NCBI GenBank assembly: GCA_044892505.1
Contig: CM097882.1
Span: 345,970,037 to 346,024,000, forward strand
DNA from: Schmidtea nova
Taxonomy: Eukaryota
DNA length: 53,964 bases
Direction of reading: 5' to 3'
Part shown: positions 12,900-25,639 of the stretch, piece by piece
How positions within the stretch are numbered: the first letter of the stretch is position 1
Layout: the number at the start of each line of letters is the position of its first letter
Program-made: the position numbers and the translations under genes
Notes under the pieces: model-generated
The model's input: only the letters and a program-made list of their open reading frames with translations
What the model was told of the DNA's origin: nothing
Databases searched by the model: none

Positions 12900-14245
12900 A
12901 AAAGTATTAGAAATTCATTGGAAGAAATATTAAAAACTATAAATTTATAACAAGTTTGAAATTTTAGTTTGACGCTGAATTTGTATGAAATTGCTATTTG
13001 AATTATTTTAAAATGTCTCAAGGAAAATCTTTTAAATAATAATAATAATAAAATCTTTATCATATTTATATAAGTTTTCATTAAATAAATTTTTTCAATT
13101 TATTTTTATTTAGTTAATATTGGGCCAGAGGAGTTAAATAGGATATACTAATTAAATGTATAAAGCATGGTTGTGAAGCAATGGATATTTTTCTTTGGGA
13201 GGACACTTCTAATAAAAGCACAATAATGAGACGTCTTGTTTTCTGTTTGTTGAAATCTGATTGCAATACTATGCATTTCATTTTGAAAGTTGCAGACATT
13301 GCATTTATGTCTATTGAAATTGGGGTTGCAAATATAGTAAAAATTGGTGGTTTTGTTATCATCTTTAAATCTTTTTTTTCAAATTTCTGTATTATAAGGA
13401 AATCAAAGATACACATTGTTCACTGTTTACAAGGCTATACTTAATCTGTTAACCGGGCGCTTCTGCAATTGAATTGCTAAAACACGTAACTGCAATGGGA
13501 GATTGACCACATGCTGTAACGATGCATGTTTATTCTTTTACATATTTGTACTGTACATGTTAGTAATCAATAAATAATTAACATAAATATGTTATCATTT
13601 GTCATATGGCATCTTTTTCGCTTGAACATAATAATACTTTCAGCCCCGTTAACAGGTTAATCAGTATGACAAAATATCTATAATTGCTTGTCAGAATATT
13701 ATCTTGTTTCAATTTCAGCTTTATTTAAATGACTGCTATTGTTTGAAACCATAAAATAATAAATGAGTTTTATCTACAAAAACGAACGTGTAATTCGGTT
13801 TTACTAACTGCATCCAAAAAGATCATGTTTCACATTGTTATTTCTGCTTGACCAAAACAAGCGGCTTTAATAAAAAAACAGTTAAGAACATCGTATATCC
13901 AAATTTTTGCTCAGTAATCGTGCCAAGACTTTATTATTTTCAAGAAGAGCCATGTGGTCTTCCCTTGGGTGATGGCATGTTTGCTGATAGTGAGGTAGAC
14001 AAATAAATTTTTTTGTCTAATTCTCCATATAAACTAAATAATACTAAGTTCCAAAAATTTATTCAATAAACACTTATAAAAATTTAATATACTCTTATTG
14101 TTATTAAATAAAATTTCTTGAGATTTTTTTAATATAATTCAAATAGCAATTTCATACTAATTCAGCATCAAACTTAAATTTCATACTTGTCATAAATTTA
14201 TAGTTTTTAATATTTCATCAATACGATTTATAACACTATTTTTAA
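12900..14245. mobile_element. Element with about 190-bp inverted arms carrying a Chapaev3-like transposase fragment
   Basis: 12900-13090 is the reverse complement of ~14060-14245. + frame DHVSHCYFCLTKTSGFNKKTVKNIVYPN (~13821-13905) resembles the H..DCYFC...YPN motif of Chapaev3-type transposases. Confidence 0.5.
13445..13656. mobile_element. piggyBac-type MITE nested in the long-arm element
   Basis: TTAA|TCTGTTAACCGGG...CCCCGTTAACAGG|TTAA. Confidence 0.7.
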
Positions 14246-14806
14246 AATAAAAAGGAACCCATAAAAACAAGTTTTTAATGTAACTCTTTCTTTTTCTCAT
14301 GTTCTCGGTTAATTTTATTGTTGTTTCATTGTTTGGTAGTTTCTTGGCAACAGTAAATTGAAAAATCACATTGTTTCAAAATTTTTCAAAATTTTTCAAT
14401 GGAATAATTTGTGGGCCACCACGAGTCTGCTCGCAAATTTTCAGATCGATTGGATATCGGGAAGTGGGTTAAAAATCGATCCAAAGTTTGACAAGAAAAC
14501 AAACAGAAATTGGAAGTTAATAAAGAGTTAAAAAAATGTTATATTAAATTTGCCAATCGTTTTACAGACCTCACAATTTAAAAATGTTTTTTAAAACATT
14601 TTTTTATAATTCTTGAATAAATTCTTGAATTTTAAGTAATGAAATTGTGATCGTATTTTAAAAATTATTGCTCACAAATACATTAGAAAATGTTTGACTT
14701 CATTAATTTCGACTTCAGACCGATCCTTCATCCGCTTTTAATTATTCAAATATTTTTACAACAGATTTATATAATTTTTCAAACTATTTCATTCAATTTT
14801 TTTCAG

Positions 14807-15203
14807 AATTAATAAGTGACAAAAGAGAGACAAAAGTTACCAAATCTTACAATAAACAGCTCAAAGGTTCAACTAATTTACCTCAAACACGCCAAAGTGA
14901 CAGTTGCATTAATGCCGCCTACGGCTACACAAACGTCAATAACGTACTGGAAGATCAATATCTAGTTGATCCAAAATTCAGTTCTACTAAAAGAATTTCA
15001 TTGACAGACTTTAGTAATGTGAATCAAGACTTTATGGCTATCAAAAACAAACACTTCATTGATTCTGCAATTCATGTTTCTCACGAAAGAATCGTTGATT
15101 CAGAAACTTCCCAATTCAATTATAACAGTAATATTTCAAATAATAAATTCAGTTTGGTATTTCCAACTGAAACTCCTTCAGAAACTCACAATAGCTCCAA
15201 TGA
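14807..15203 (+). CDS. CAMTA: CAMTA exon, Ser/Thr/Asn-rich linker
   Basis: tttttcag| and |gtaagt around a 397-nt open frame that includes ORF 15001-15207. Its phase-2 end fits the 19705 exon (GA+T = Asp). Confidence 0.78.
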
Positions 15204-18039
15204 GTAAGTGCGCTTTATATATTGCAACTATTATTTCTTAATAAAAGCACAGTTCTTTGATTGGTAATAATTCAGTCACTATAGCACTTCAAACTTTACA
15301 GCAAGTTCATTATCAGTAAATATTGACAAGTGGCTAAGGTAACCACGGATTTTTAACAAAATATAAATTGCTTTAAAAATTATCGACATACATTATTTTT
15401 TCCATTGAAATAATATAATTTAAAATTACAATCAAATTCAGTTCTCATTGGATTTGTTTGTTTGAATCAATAAGCAAACCACTAAACAAACAATTATAGA
15501 AGACAGAATTATATTTACAACACTACCAAGACAATATTTATTTTTAATCAGCAAGTAATAGAATTTCAAATATTCCAAAAAATAATTTTATATTGTTTGT
15601 TTTATCTTATAAACAACATTACAATGATGTTTTGCTATTGTTCTTTACTTTATTGTAAATTACACATTGCTACTTTCCCGTCAATAATTTGTCATTGTTT
15701 ATCATATAACATGTTTGCCTAAAAATGTGTATCTATGATGAATTGAGGTACAATGGCATTACGTGGATTAGTTTGTTTATTCAGTTCTCCATGATGATTA
15801 TTAACGCTATTCAATAATTTATTATTATTTAATATTTTATCTCGAACTTTATCCAAATTTTTCAATGTTCATATGCAACGCTTTTCTTCTAGGTTTTAAT
15901 AAAACAATTTATAAACATTTTATAAAAAGCGTCAAAAATATTCTTCCGCAACATGAAAATAAGTCATAAGTAACATTTTTCAGAAAGTTTATTAAAAATA
16001 TTTTATTTCTATTGTTTTGAAATTAATCATACATGTATTCCTACTTTCTTTACAGTTCTATTTATTTTATAATTTCTTTAATTTTTTTAAAATCAGAAGC
16101 GTATATTATTGACACTAAAATAGATGACAAGATAAATAAGTTCTTAGAATTGTTTTTCCCAATTAGTCGAATCCATTGTTTTAAAAAAAAATATATTTCA
16201 TTGGTTCATCTCGATATCTCTTCACATTACGCTCAAAATATCAATGATTTAAAACCGTTTGAGAATCTGGGTTCTTTTTTATTTCATATTTTAGATATAT
16301 GCGATAAATTTTTCTGCAGTTTCTTATGATAAATTTGGCTACATTAGTTTGTGTTGCAATCTGTTAAGACTTGATATTTAACCATCTTTATGCCAGCTGT
16401 TTTCGCTGGGTATGTTCAAGGTCCGATAGATCGGATAGTTCGAAAAAAGAAGGTTAATCGGAGATTTACCTTAGAAAACATATTACCCGACAACTTTAAA
16501 TTTATTAAAATAAATAAAACTAACTTACTTTGTTAAAAAGTTATTAACAAGTTTTGTCGTAAGGAAATATTCACAATGTGTATAGTTTGGACTATGAACA
16601 CAAATATTAACTAATTAAAATCGAAATAAATCTAGTCAAAATGGGGACTACATATCTCAGATTTTGGTACAGTATTCCAATTTATGACTTATGTCCCAAT
16701 GATGTCGTGTTAATTAATGTGCGATTGGGAATTATAGTGTAGTAATTCCAGAGTCGAGGAAACCTTTAGGAACTAGTTCGACTAAAAAAGGAACTAATTC
16801 GATGAAGATAAATGGGTTAAAATACTAACTAAATAGTATTAGATGGGTAAAAGTTTTGTAATAATGAAGTGATTTATTATATTTTACTTAGTTTTAATTA
16901 TTGTTAAATTCACAAATAGAGACATAATTAATAAATCGTAAAAATCTTTCTTTTAATTATACCAAGCACATAAAACTGTGAGTATATCTCGTGTTAATTC
17001 GCGAAATATGACAATAGTCTCACCTTAAAAATGGGGTCAAAAGAATCTAATTTAATCATAGCTTTCATGAATATTAAAGTCTTTTCTTAAACATTTACTT
17101 ATAATTGTTCATAAAACTGCATAAGATTGTTTCTATGCCTATAATTTGTTCATCCCTGGTTTAGATTATGTGACGAGTTTTCATTTGAGTTTCATAGAAT
17201 GCATTAAACCATCTTTTAACCCATTTTCTCGCTATATGGCGACACTCGCGCAGTATACTTATAAACCAACCATATCTGTATTTGTTTATTATTATTTGTT
17301 TATACTGTAGTAGGACATGTTCACTTCTAATTTGTTATTTATTTTTATAAATTTGAAAATTATCTGATATTAGAATTATTATTTAATTTTTTCGTAAGTT
17401 AAAGTAATTTTATATTAAATCAATTTTTTTGTTAATTTATTTCATTATGACTGACTCTTGCTAATCAAAGTCTTTTAATTAATTCTCTACTCAAAAATTA
17501 TACAAAATCAAATGATAATTGTTTTTTATAAAATCGAAATTTTCCGGAAGAAAATTATTAAAGGCAGGAAAAAATTATGACAGTAGGAAATTAAATTATT
17601 CATAGAAAATTTTGGAATTTTCAAGTGAACTGCTTTTAGACGTCTATTGAATTGTAAAGTGAAATTTTTTCTAACTTTGAAATAATTATAAAAAACTCAA
17701 TATAGTAAAATTCTGTTTATAAAATTTCAAAACGATTTTGGTATTTTTTGTAAATTTCTTAAATACAAATACATCATTTCACGAAAATTTAGCAACAGCC
17801 AAAAATATGCAATATACAGATACATTATACACATAAATAAAAGAACATCATTTTCTAAAATATATTTTTGCAATATATTTCGATAGCTCAGCTGTTATCT
17901 TCACTCAATAAACTAATTCACTAAAATAAAAATTGATTTTATTTATGCGTTTATTAGTGATTATGTAATCATATGTGAGCAAAATCCAATATAATAATCC
18001 TTGCAAACTAGTTAAAAACTCTCTAAATGCATGTAGATA

Positions 18040-19090
18040 AGATATTTTATCATTTTCTTTATTTATTTTTAGGAATAAATGCTTATATTATCAAAGCCTC
18101 ACAATTAATAGTTTTTAAAACCACTAGACAATATTTTAAAATTGGAAATATCATGTTATTCTTGCATGTCTTATTATGCTCAATAATAATGCTCTTTCGG
18201 CTTTTTCTTATATGCTCTTGAACTTGTGTACAGAGATGACGGGCAGTATCTCCAATGTATGTGGCATTACACTCATTACAAGTAAAACGATATACGAGAT
18301 CAGAACATAGATCAAATGGTGTCACAGATTTATTATTGAAAATTACCCAAACTTTACAAGACTTAGAAATCATTCTAAAATTTCTATTTCCAATATTTTT
18401 TAAAAAATTGATTTCCTAAAATTTACAAAACCCTCAGAAAACCTTAAAACTATAACAAAACCAATGCTATCAACCAAATTACTTTTATTTATTTCTTATA
18501 CACCTATTTCTTATACACCTATTCCTCGTTATACGGCCTAGGTAAGTTCTTAGAAAATTGACCGTAAAACGAAATACGGAATAACTAAGCAATCCATAAA
18601 ATAGTTCAGTTTTTCTGTATTTATTATTACCATCAACACCATCATTCATGCCCATTACAACATCACCTGTTTTAATCAAAAGAACACTATCAAGGTAATT
18701 AAACGGATCAACACCAGGTGAAATTTTGCCATTAATCACATCTTGTTTGTTGATAGGAAATAAGACATGCAAGACTAGAATTAACATTTCCAAATTTTAA
18801 AATATTGTCTAGGCATTTTAAAAACTATTATTTTATAAAATCATTTGACCTTTTCCTGGCTGAATTAAGGATTTCAACTAAAGTAATGAAAGAAATGGTT
18901 TATTGAGTTCGAATTGGCTACTAAAACAAGGTTTTTTGAAAAATGATTTAACTTGAAAGTAGAACCCTTCTTTACTGACCCAAATAAAATGTTTGTGGAC
19001 ATTGACACAGATGTCTATACAAGTCTTAAATATATTATGATTCCATATGGAATCAATAGCCAGGAAAGGGTTAATCTTAAATTAAATATG
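18040..19090 (-). mobile_element. 5'-truncated Penelope-like retroelement with inverted copy of its 3' end
   Basis: GIY-YIG nuclease LVYRFTCNECNATYIGDTARHL..QVQEH (18083-18373) and RT-thumb remnants (FNYLDSVLLI, KYRKTELFYGLL). 18787-18835 is an inverted copy of 18104-18150. Confidence 0.8.
18849..19070. mobile_element. piggyBac-type MITE
   Basis: TTGA|CCTTTTCCTGGCT...AGCCAGGAAAGGG|TTAA, with a degenerate left end. Confidence 0.7.
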
Positions 19091-19704
19091 GTTGGATATT
19101 TTTCGCACATAAATTTTATTTTATTTACATAAAACGTTAAATTACTTGTTTTCAATATAAATTCATTGTCTATAATTCATTCAATATAAATATAAACATC
19201 TTGCAAAGAGAACACCCGGGATGATTAATATTAATAACTTTCTAAATTTGTGTGCCCTGTAGTAAAGTAGTGTGTCAATACAAAGGCATTTTCTAAATTT
19301 AAGTGTCAAAAATAAAATTTGTGTGTGATGAAGTAATTTTATGTAAATCAAATAAAATTTATGTGCGAATATATTTTTATCCAATTAAATATAGAAAATG
19401 CTACATCTACATACATTTTGAAAGTTTTTAACTAATTTTAAAATGATTGTCCAAGCAACCTTAATATAAATCCTTTGCTAAAGTGGGGTTCTATACACTA
19501 GTAATCTTTACCAATACGACAAACTAATACTTTTCAGATAGGAAAATAAAGCGGATCACATTTTTTAAAAGGCAGGGTTTTCGTCATGAAACCATTTATT
19601 TGCTTATTTGAGTGTAAAATATGAAGTCATCTTCAAATTATTTTTAAAATTAACGATTATGTAATTAAAATAAAGTTCACTGACTGAATTTATTTAATTT
19701 GTAG

Positions 19705-19984
19705 TTTTCTCGTTGATTCACAAATCTATATGGATAGTTTTGACCGAAATGATTGCTCTTATTGGGCTGATATCGAAGGGAGCCTTGATATAGATGCATC
19801 ATATGTCAGTAACAATCTTACTTGTGATGATTCTATTGATATATCTGGGGATTTCAATTTCGATGATTTATCAAATTGGCAATTTGGAGACATATCTCAA
19901 TCGGATATCTTAGATTTGGAAATGAACAATTCAGAATTAAATATTGTCATAACAAATTATGCCCCTTCTTGGGCACCAATTGAA
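19705..19984 (+). CDS. CAMTA: CAMTA exon, acidic region and start of TIG domain
   Basis: tttgtag| and GAA|gtaagt. DSFDR..W motif, and ITNYAPSWAPIE resembles the TIG start VTDYSPEWSYPE. Confidence 0.88.
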
Positions 19985-20270
19985 GTAAGTATTACTTTAA
20001 TTGTGCAAAATNNNNNNNNNNNNNNNNNNNNNNNNNNNNNNNNNNNNNNNNNNNNNNNNNNNNNNNNNNNNNNNNNNNNNNNNNNNNNNNNNNNNNNNNN
20101 NNNNNNNNNNNNNNNNNNNNNNNNNNNNNNNNNNNNNNNNNNNNNNNNNNNNNNNNNNNNNNNNNNNNNNNNNNNNNNNNNNNNNNNNNNNNNNNNNNNN
20201 NNNNNNNNNNNNNNNNNNNNNNNNNNNNNNNNNNNNNNNNNNNNNNNNNNNNNNNNNNNNNNNNNNNNNN

Positions 20271-20451
20271 GACTATAGATCAAAATTTTTTTTTATAAAC
20301 AATAACACAATATTTCGGCACAGCCTTTATCAAGTGAAATACACACTTGATAAAGGCTGTGCCGAAATATTGTGTTATTTTTTATAAAATTTTTTTTTGA
20401 TCTATAGTCATTATGAGAATTATTGATAATAATAATAAAAAAGATCAAAGG
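20271..20451. repeat. Palindromic foldback element, copy 1 (between N-gaps)
   Basis: Arms GACTATAGATC...GCCTTTATCAAGTG and CACTTGATAAAGGC...GATCTATAGTC around a loop of about 7 nt. Confidence 0.88.
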
Positions 20452-21682
20452 NNNNNNNNNNNNNNNNNNNNNNNNNNNNNNNNNNNNNNNNNNNNNNNNN
20501 NNNNNNNNNNNNNNNNNNNNNNNNNNNNNNNNNNNNNNNNNNNNNNNNNNNNNNNNNNNNNNNNNNNNNNNNNNNNNNNNNNNNNNNNNNNNNNNNNNNN
20601 NNNNNNNNNNNNNNNNNNNNNNNNNNNNNNNNNNNNNAAAATAAATTCAAACAAGCCATTGAAATAAAAATTTTTGGACATTATTTTCGTAGATAAATAA
20701 ATTTAATTAAATTATTTTAATTAAATAATTACAATATTGTTGATTTAAAAATCTCTAATAAAAGTTTTGAAGAATGATTAGTGACATGATTTGTTAAAGG
20801 TAGTAATATCGGGTTATTAAATGTCACATTGAATTGTGAAATCTTATATAGTATTCGTTGCTATTTTCTTTAAGGAGTTTCAATTAAAGCTATTTGTTTA
20901 AAAATATTAAAAAATATTAAAATATTTAAAAAATATTTAAAAAATATTTAAATATTTAAATATCCTAAATAAAAAAATAAAGCAGTTTAGAAAATAAAAT
21001 CTCGGTAAATTAGGTAAATCAGTCGCTGATTTAGATCTGGTTTTTCCAATAAATGTTTTATAATATCTGATTATCAGTCAAAATATATTAGAAATTGTAT
21101 ATAGTGAAATTATAGATGCCTTTATTGGAAATTATTGGTTGAAGTGGTAAAATGATAAAAAAAATAATTGAGATTTTCTGATAAATTGAAAGTGCATTTC
21201 GAACATCAATAGAATACTTTTCCAAATATCGATGGATAGTTATTTTCAAAAAAAAATATTAATTTGTTTGAATGAAAAGCGAAATGAGTTCAATTTACGA
21301 TTTCTAAAGTAAATTTAATTATTTTTTCATTCAATGATGTTAATTCAGAGATATTAATTATTTATTTTAATTGTTTCCTTTTTTATTCTCTGCTACATAC
21401 ATTTTTGTTAAAATTTATAAAAAAATTTTCTTATAAAGTTTTCCTTTTATAAAAATAGATGTCTATTAATTTACTAAAATAAGATTTGTGACAGCTCAAA
21501 AATTTGAGGAACAAGGAAATAATTCACAGCTTTCTTATCGAACAATGGAACAATTTAAAATTATTATTCAAGCGAATAATGTCGTTTCAATTACCAACAG
21601 TCAAGTACATCATTCACACCTTCTATCTACATCTTTAAATAATTACAGACATAAAAATAATCATGTTCGTAAGAGAGCGAAG

Positions 21683-21683
<1 letters not shown>

Positions 21684-21743
<60 letters not shown>
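21684..21743. repeat. (TA)n microsatellite
   Basis: Direct reading. Confidence 0.95.
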
Positions 21744-21748
<5 letters not shown>

Positions 21749-22025
21749 TTGATGTAAAAAATTGTTTACATTAAGCGGTGTTTATTGTATAATTCATTTG
21801 GTTTAACGATGTAATTCAAATCTTTCTACACTGAGTATTATTTCTAGTTTTAACAATTAAAAAGACATAGCTTTATTTTAAAAATTATATATTGTTTATA
21901 TAGTTTTCTATAGTATCGTTTTAATATTATGATAATTTTTTAATTTGAAATAAATTGCTTTCGAAAATTATTTTGAATTTGTAGATTAATATTTACAAAT
22001 CAACATCGATATAAAAAATTTGTAG

Positions 22026-22164
22026 GGTGGTGGCAATATTCTAATTGCCGGAACTGGTCTGTGCGGGAATACTTTTCGGCAAAATAACTGTTACGTTCTC
22101 TTTGGTGGCATGTCAATGCCAGCTGTTTTAGTTCAAGATGGTTTGTTAAAGGCTGAAATACCAG
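22026..22164 (+). CDS. CAMTA: CAMTA exon, TIG/IPT core
   Basis: tttgtag| GGGNILIAGTGLCGNTFRQNNCYVLFGGMSMPAVLVQDGLLKAEIP |gtaaat, resembling GGVKVLITG...CLFDQISVPASLIQPGVLRCYCP. Phase 0 to 1. Confidence 0.92.
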
Positions 22165-22547
22165 GTAAATTATTAAACACTAATTTAATGATTTTGTGAA
22201 TAAAATTATTTCTATCTAACCACTTTTTTCGTAAAACATTTAGTTAAATTTTTCTTTATTTTGAAAAAACATTTATTATTTGACAATTTTAAGTTTCTTC
22301 CGACATCTTCCTATTAGCAATTTCCTTGTAAAACATTATCAAATTTATTATGGTTTACTAATCACTTTGACTGTATCTAGAAATTGCATATCATAACATT
22401 TCTGAACGATTATTTTTTTGAAAATATATTTGCTTTAGTTTCTTGTTTACAATTTTTATTTTTATCTGTCTAGGCCATTCAAAATGAACTTTCAAATTTT
22501 CAAATTCAAATTAGATAAATTAATCATTTATTATTTTTTTGCAAATA

Positions 22548-23838
22548 CGTGGTGCGCCCAATAAGTCGTGAGACCAATATAGAAATAATAATAGTAAAAA
22601 ATTGATACAGACATATTTAAACTTCAACATATATAGGTAAATAAAATGTATTTTGTTTTAATAATCCATTATTGTTTAAGTATATTTTTGCGAACATTCG
22701 AAAAATGCTTCTGGAAACTATTCAATAACGTAGCGTTATTCGCTTTCTCTTTCTGAAAGGAAAAGATAGAGGAGAGGTTCTTTCTGAACTGCAAACTGTT
22801 TACCAACAAGAGTGCCCATCCACAGCAACAATTTATCGTTGGTTCAATTACTTTCAGAGTGGTAGAACCTCCGTGGTGGTCGAATAAAGATCTGGAAGAC
22901 CCTCAGAAGTTGATGAAAAAAAAACGCAAAAGCTTCAGACAATCGTGCAAAACGAGAGAAAAATAACGACGAGAGAGCTCACAACCCGTCTAAATGTGAG
23001 CAAAGGCATTGTGCATACTCTCCTCACTGAAAGTGGTATTCGAAAACTATGTTCCCGTTTTGTGCCACGCTTCTTAACGGTGGAAATGCGACAACGACGC
23101 TTGGAATGCGGCTTGGAGAATCTGCAGATCAGGACCAATGTTGGAGACCATTTCATTGATAATATCATCACTGTGGACGAGACACCGTTGTCCCTTCATG
23201 TCCCCGAATCTAAAAGAAAGTCTCAAGAATGGAAACTGCCAGGAGAAAGCAGCTCACTGAAAATGCGGTCCTCAACTTGCCACCGAAAGGCTCTCATGCT
23301 GACGGTGTTTTGGGACGCCAATGGCATTATTCTGACTGACTTTGCTGAATCCAGCGTGAAGGTCAATAGTTCTTACTACTCCAACATCGTGCAGCAGGCA
23401 AGGAAGGCACGACGCAAGAGCAGAGTGTGTGATCTCTACTTTTTACACGATAATGCTCCCATCCACACGAGCAGCGTTTCCATGGCCAAAATTGAGCGTT
23501 GCCGGCTCAATTTGCTTCCCCATACACCATACAGCCCCTATTTGGCTCCCTCCGATTTTTTCTTGTTTAACCATCTTAAGAAGCATCTGCGGGGCCAGGT
23601 GCTTGCCAACAAACATGATTTGAGAGCAGCTGTGAAGAGTTTTCTGGGAGAAAAGCCTCCAGAATTCTTCGAAAACGCCTTCGAAAACCTCGTTATTCGC
23701 TGGGAAAATTGTGTCAGTGCAGAAGGAAATTATTTTGAGAAATGATGCCTATTTACCATGCTTGTTCTAAATACAAAGTTTTGTGTTGATATTTTAAGTC
23801 TGTCTATTTTAGTCTCACGACTTATTGGGCGCACCACG
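22548..23838 (+). mobile_element. Full-length mariner (DD34D), 1291 bp
   Basis: Perfect 27-bp TIRs CGTGGTGCGCCCAATAAGTCGTGAGAC with TA on both flanks. Confidence 0.97.
22705..23745 (+). pseudogene. mariner transposase, 346 codons with two in-frame TAA stops
   Basis: Single frame with stops at 22726 and 22885. Motifs TVDET, HDNA and PSD with 34 residues between the second and third Asp. Confidence 0.93.
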
Positions 23839-25405
23839 TAGCATTATGTCGTATCTATTTATACACTTTTCCTATCTTTGTTTTCATCATGATTCTCTTC
23901 GCTATCAATTATCTCTTTGATTACATTTCTTTCTATCTATTTTGTTTGATTTCCATTTTCATTTTGAAATATAGGGTTTTTCTAAATGCTTCATAGACTT
24001 TGTCAAAAAAATTAATAACTTTGTCAAAATGTTTAATATTTGTAATAATATTTGTAATAAATAAAATTATTCAACATTTTGGCAAAGTTATTAAACATTT
24101 TGATAAACCCAGTAATTTTAATTTACCTTAAGTTTAAATGATGTATATTTATTTTTGCTAAATATTTAAATTTTCTTATAAATAAACAATGTGAATATAA
24201 TTAGTGATATAATTGTAATTTTAATTTTTTAGCATCTATGCATGACAAAATATTTTTAATTTTGGTTCAAACTGAAACATTCAGTGTCTCATTTATTGTA
24301 TGAAATTTTATCTGCTTTATAGTCAGTAAAATTATCACGATACTCCAATTAGGAGATTTTACTCAGATTATTTTCAGTTTTTCGATTTGCTGAAAGTTAA
24401 GTGAATCCTTCATCACTAATTGTTAAACTGAAAATAATTTCAGATTAATATTAACACTTTAGGCGCCTTGGCGGTCCCAAGGGTTTGCTATCAACATGCT
24501 AGAAATTTTTCTTGGCACTGAACGTGTTATCTGCATTTATAAACTATCCTTAGGATTATTGATAAAGTTATCAACCTGCTCTCATCATCATCACCGCGAA
24601 AAATCTTTTTGAATAACAATTATTTATTAACAGTTCCACCAATTTATCAACACTTTACAGAATTTTTGAAAGTAGAAGATAAGCACCACGATCGAAATCA
24701 ATTCTCTTACCACATTTCTCTTATATTTAAACTCACAAAAACTTTCCGGAGAAGTACATAGACCATTGTCATTTTGAAATAAAATAAATAATTTTTTTTG
24801 TCTTAAAATTTGGTAAAAATGAATGTTATTGTAATTGATAATATTCTTGTCTAGTAGTTCCATTGAAATCAGAAACAATTTCGGGATACAAAATCTCTGA
24901 AGGCGTTGGCGGCAAATGCGCTTATCAATTTGTTTGGGCAAGACTTATTGAATTTTTGTCTATAATAATTTAAAAAGTCGGCGATGATGAATTTGCCCTT
25001 CTTTTTTAAAAATCTTTTAATTAACACAAATATAAAAATTGAACAACTGAAGCAATGTAAATTAATTCCAAAAATTAATGTCAAGGTGTCATGTTCTAAA
25101 GATAAAGAAATTTCAGTGGAAGAAAGTAATTTTCAAATCGTCGAATCTTCCTGTTGAACAGTATTCATTAATCATTATTTTATTAAAAAAATAAACATGT
25201 ACCATAAAGTACGTTTTACTTTTCCTACATTCACTATGAAAAATCCCTTTTGTCAATTATTTGTATCTTAAATTATATAATGAAAGGTTGCTATAAAATT
25301 TTCATATTTCGTTTTAGGGTTCTGTCAATTAAAAGGGTTTTGCTCCGTTTCAGTAAAACATAAAATTATTTTAAGTATTTCTCATTGGTCCAAAAATATT
25401 TGCAG

Positions 25406-25582
25406 GTCAAATAACCTCGGGGGAATTTGGTGTGAAGATTCAAGTCGGTTCTCAAACTACAGGATTGCTAATAATGTTCAAATATCTCGATTCTTCAAAT
25501 ACTCTCCCTAAAAAGATAGATTATTCCAGTGATTGCCAGTATAACTTGAAAGACGTGATACGAACATGGATTTTTCAAAAGG
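25406..25582 (+). CDS. CAMTA: CAMTA exon, end of TIG domain
   Basis: tttgcag|GT...G|gtaata. GQITSGEFGVKIQVGSQTTGLLIMFKY resembles the TIG C-terminus ending FEY. Phase 1 to 1. Confidence 0.86.
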
Positions 25583-25639
25583 GTAATAAAATATATTTAT
25601 CAAAAAAACTATCATAAAAACTAATATTTTTAAAAACAG

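Noticed and set aside
19957-20681. ORFs spanning N-runs (also near 26196, 36097-36747 and 51426)
   Set aside because: They are open only because N codons contain no stops.
21488-21757. 89-aa ORF as a CAMTA exon
   Set aside because: 19984 to 22026 already gives a continuous TIG domain, and the ORF ends in (TA)n-encoded IY repeats.
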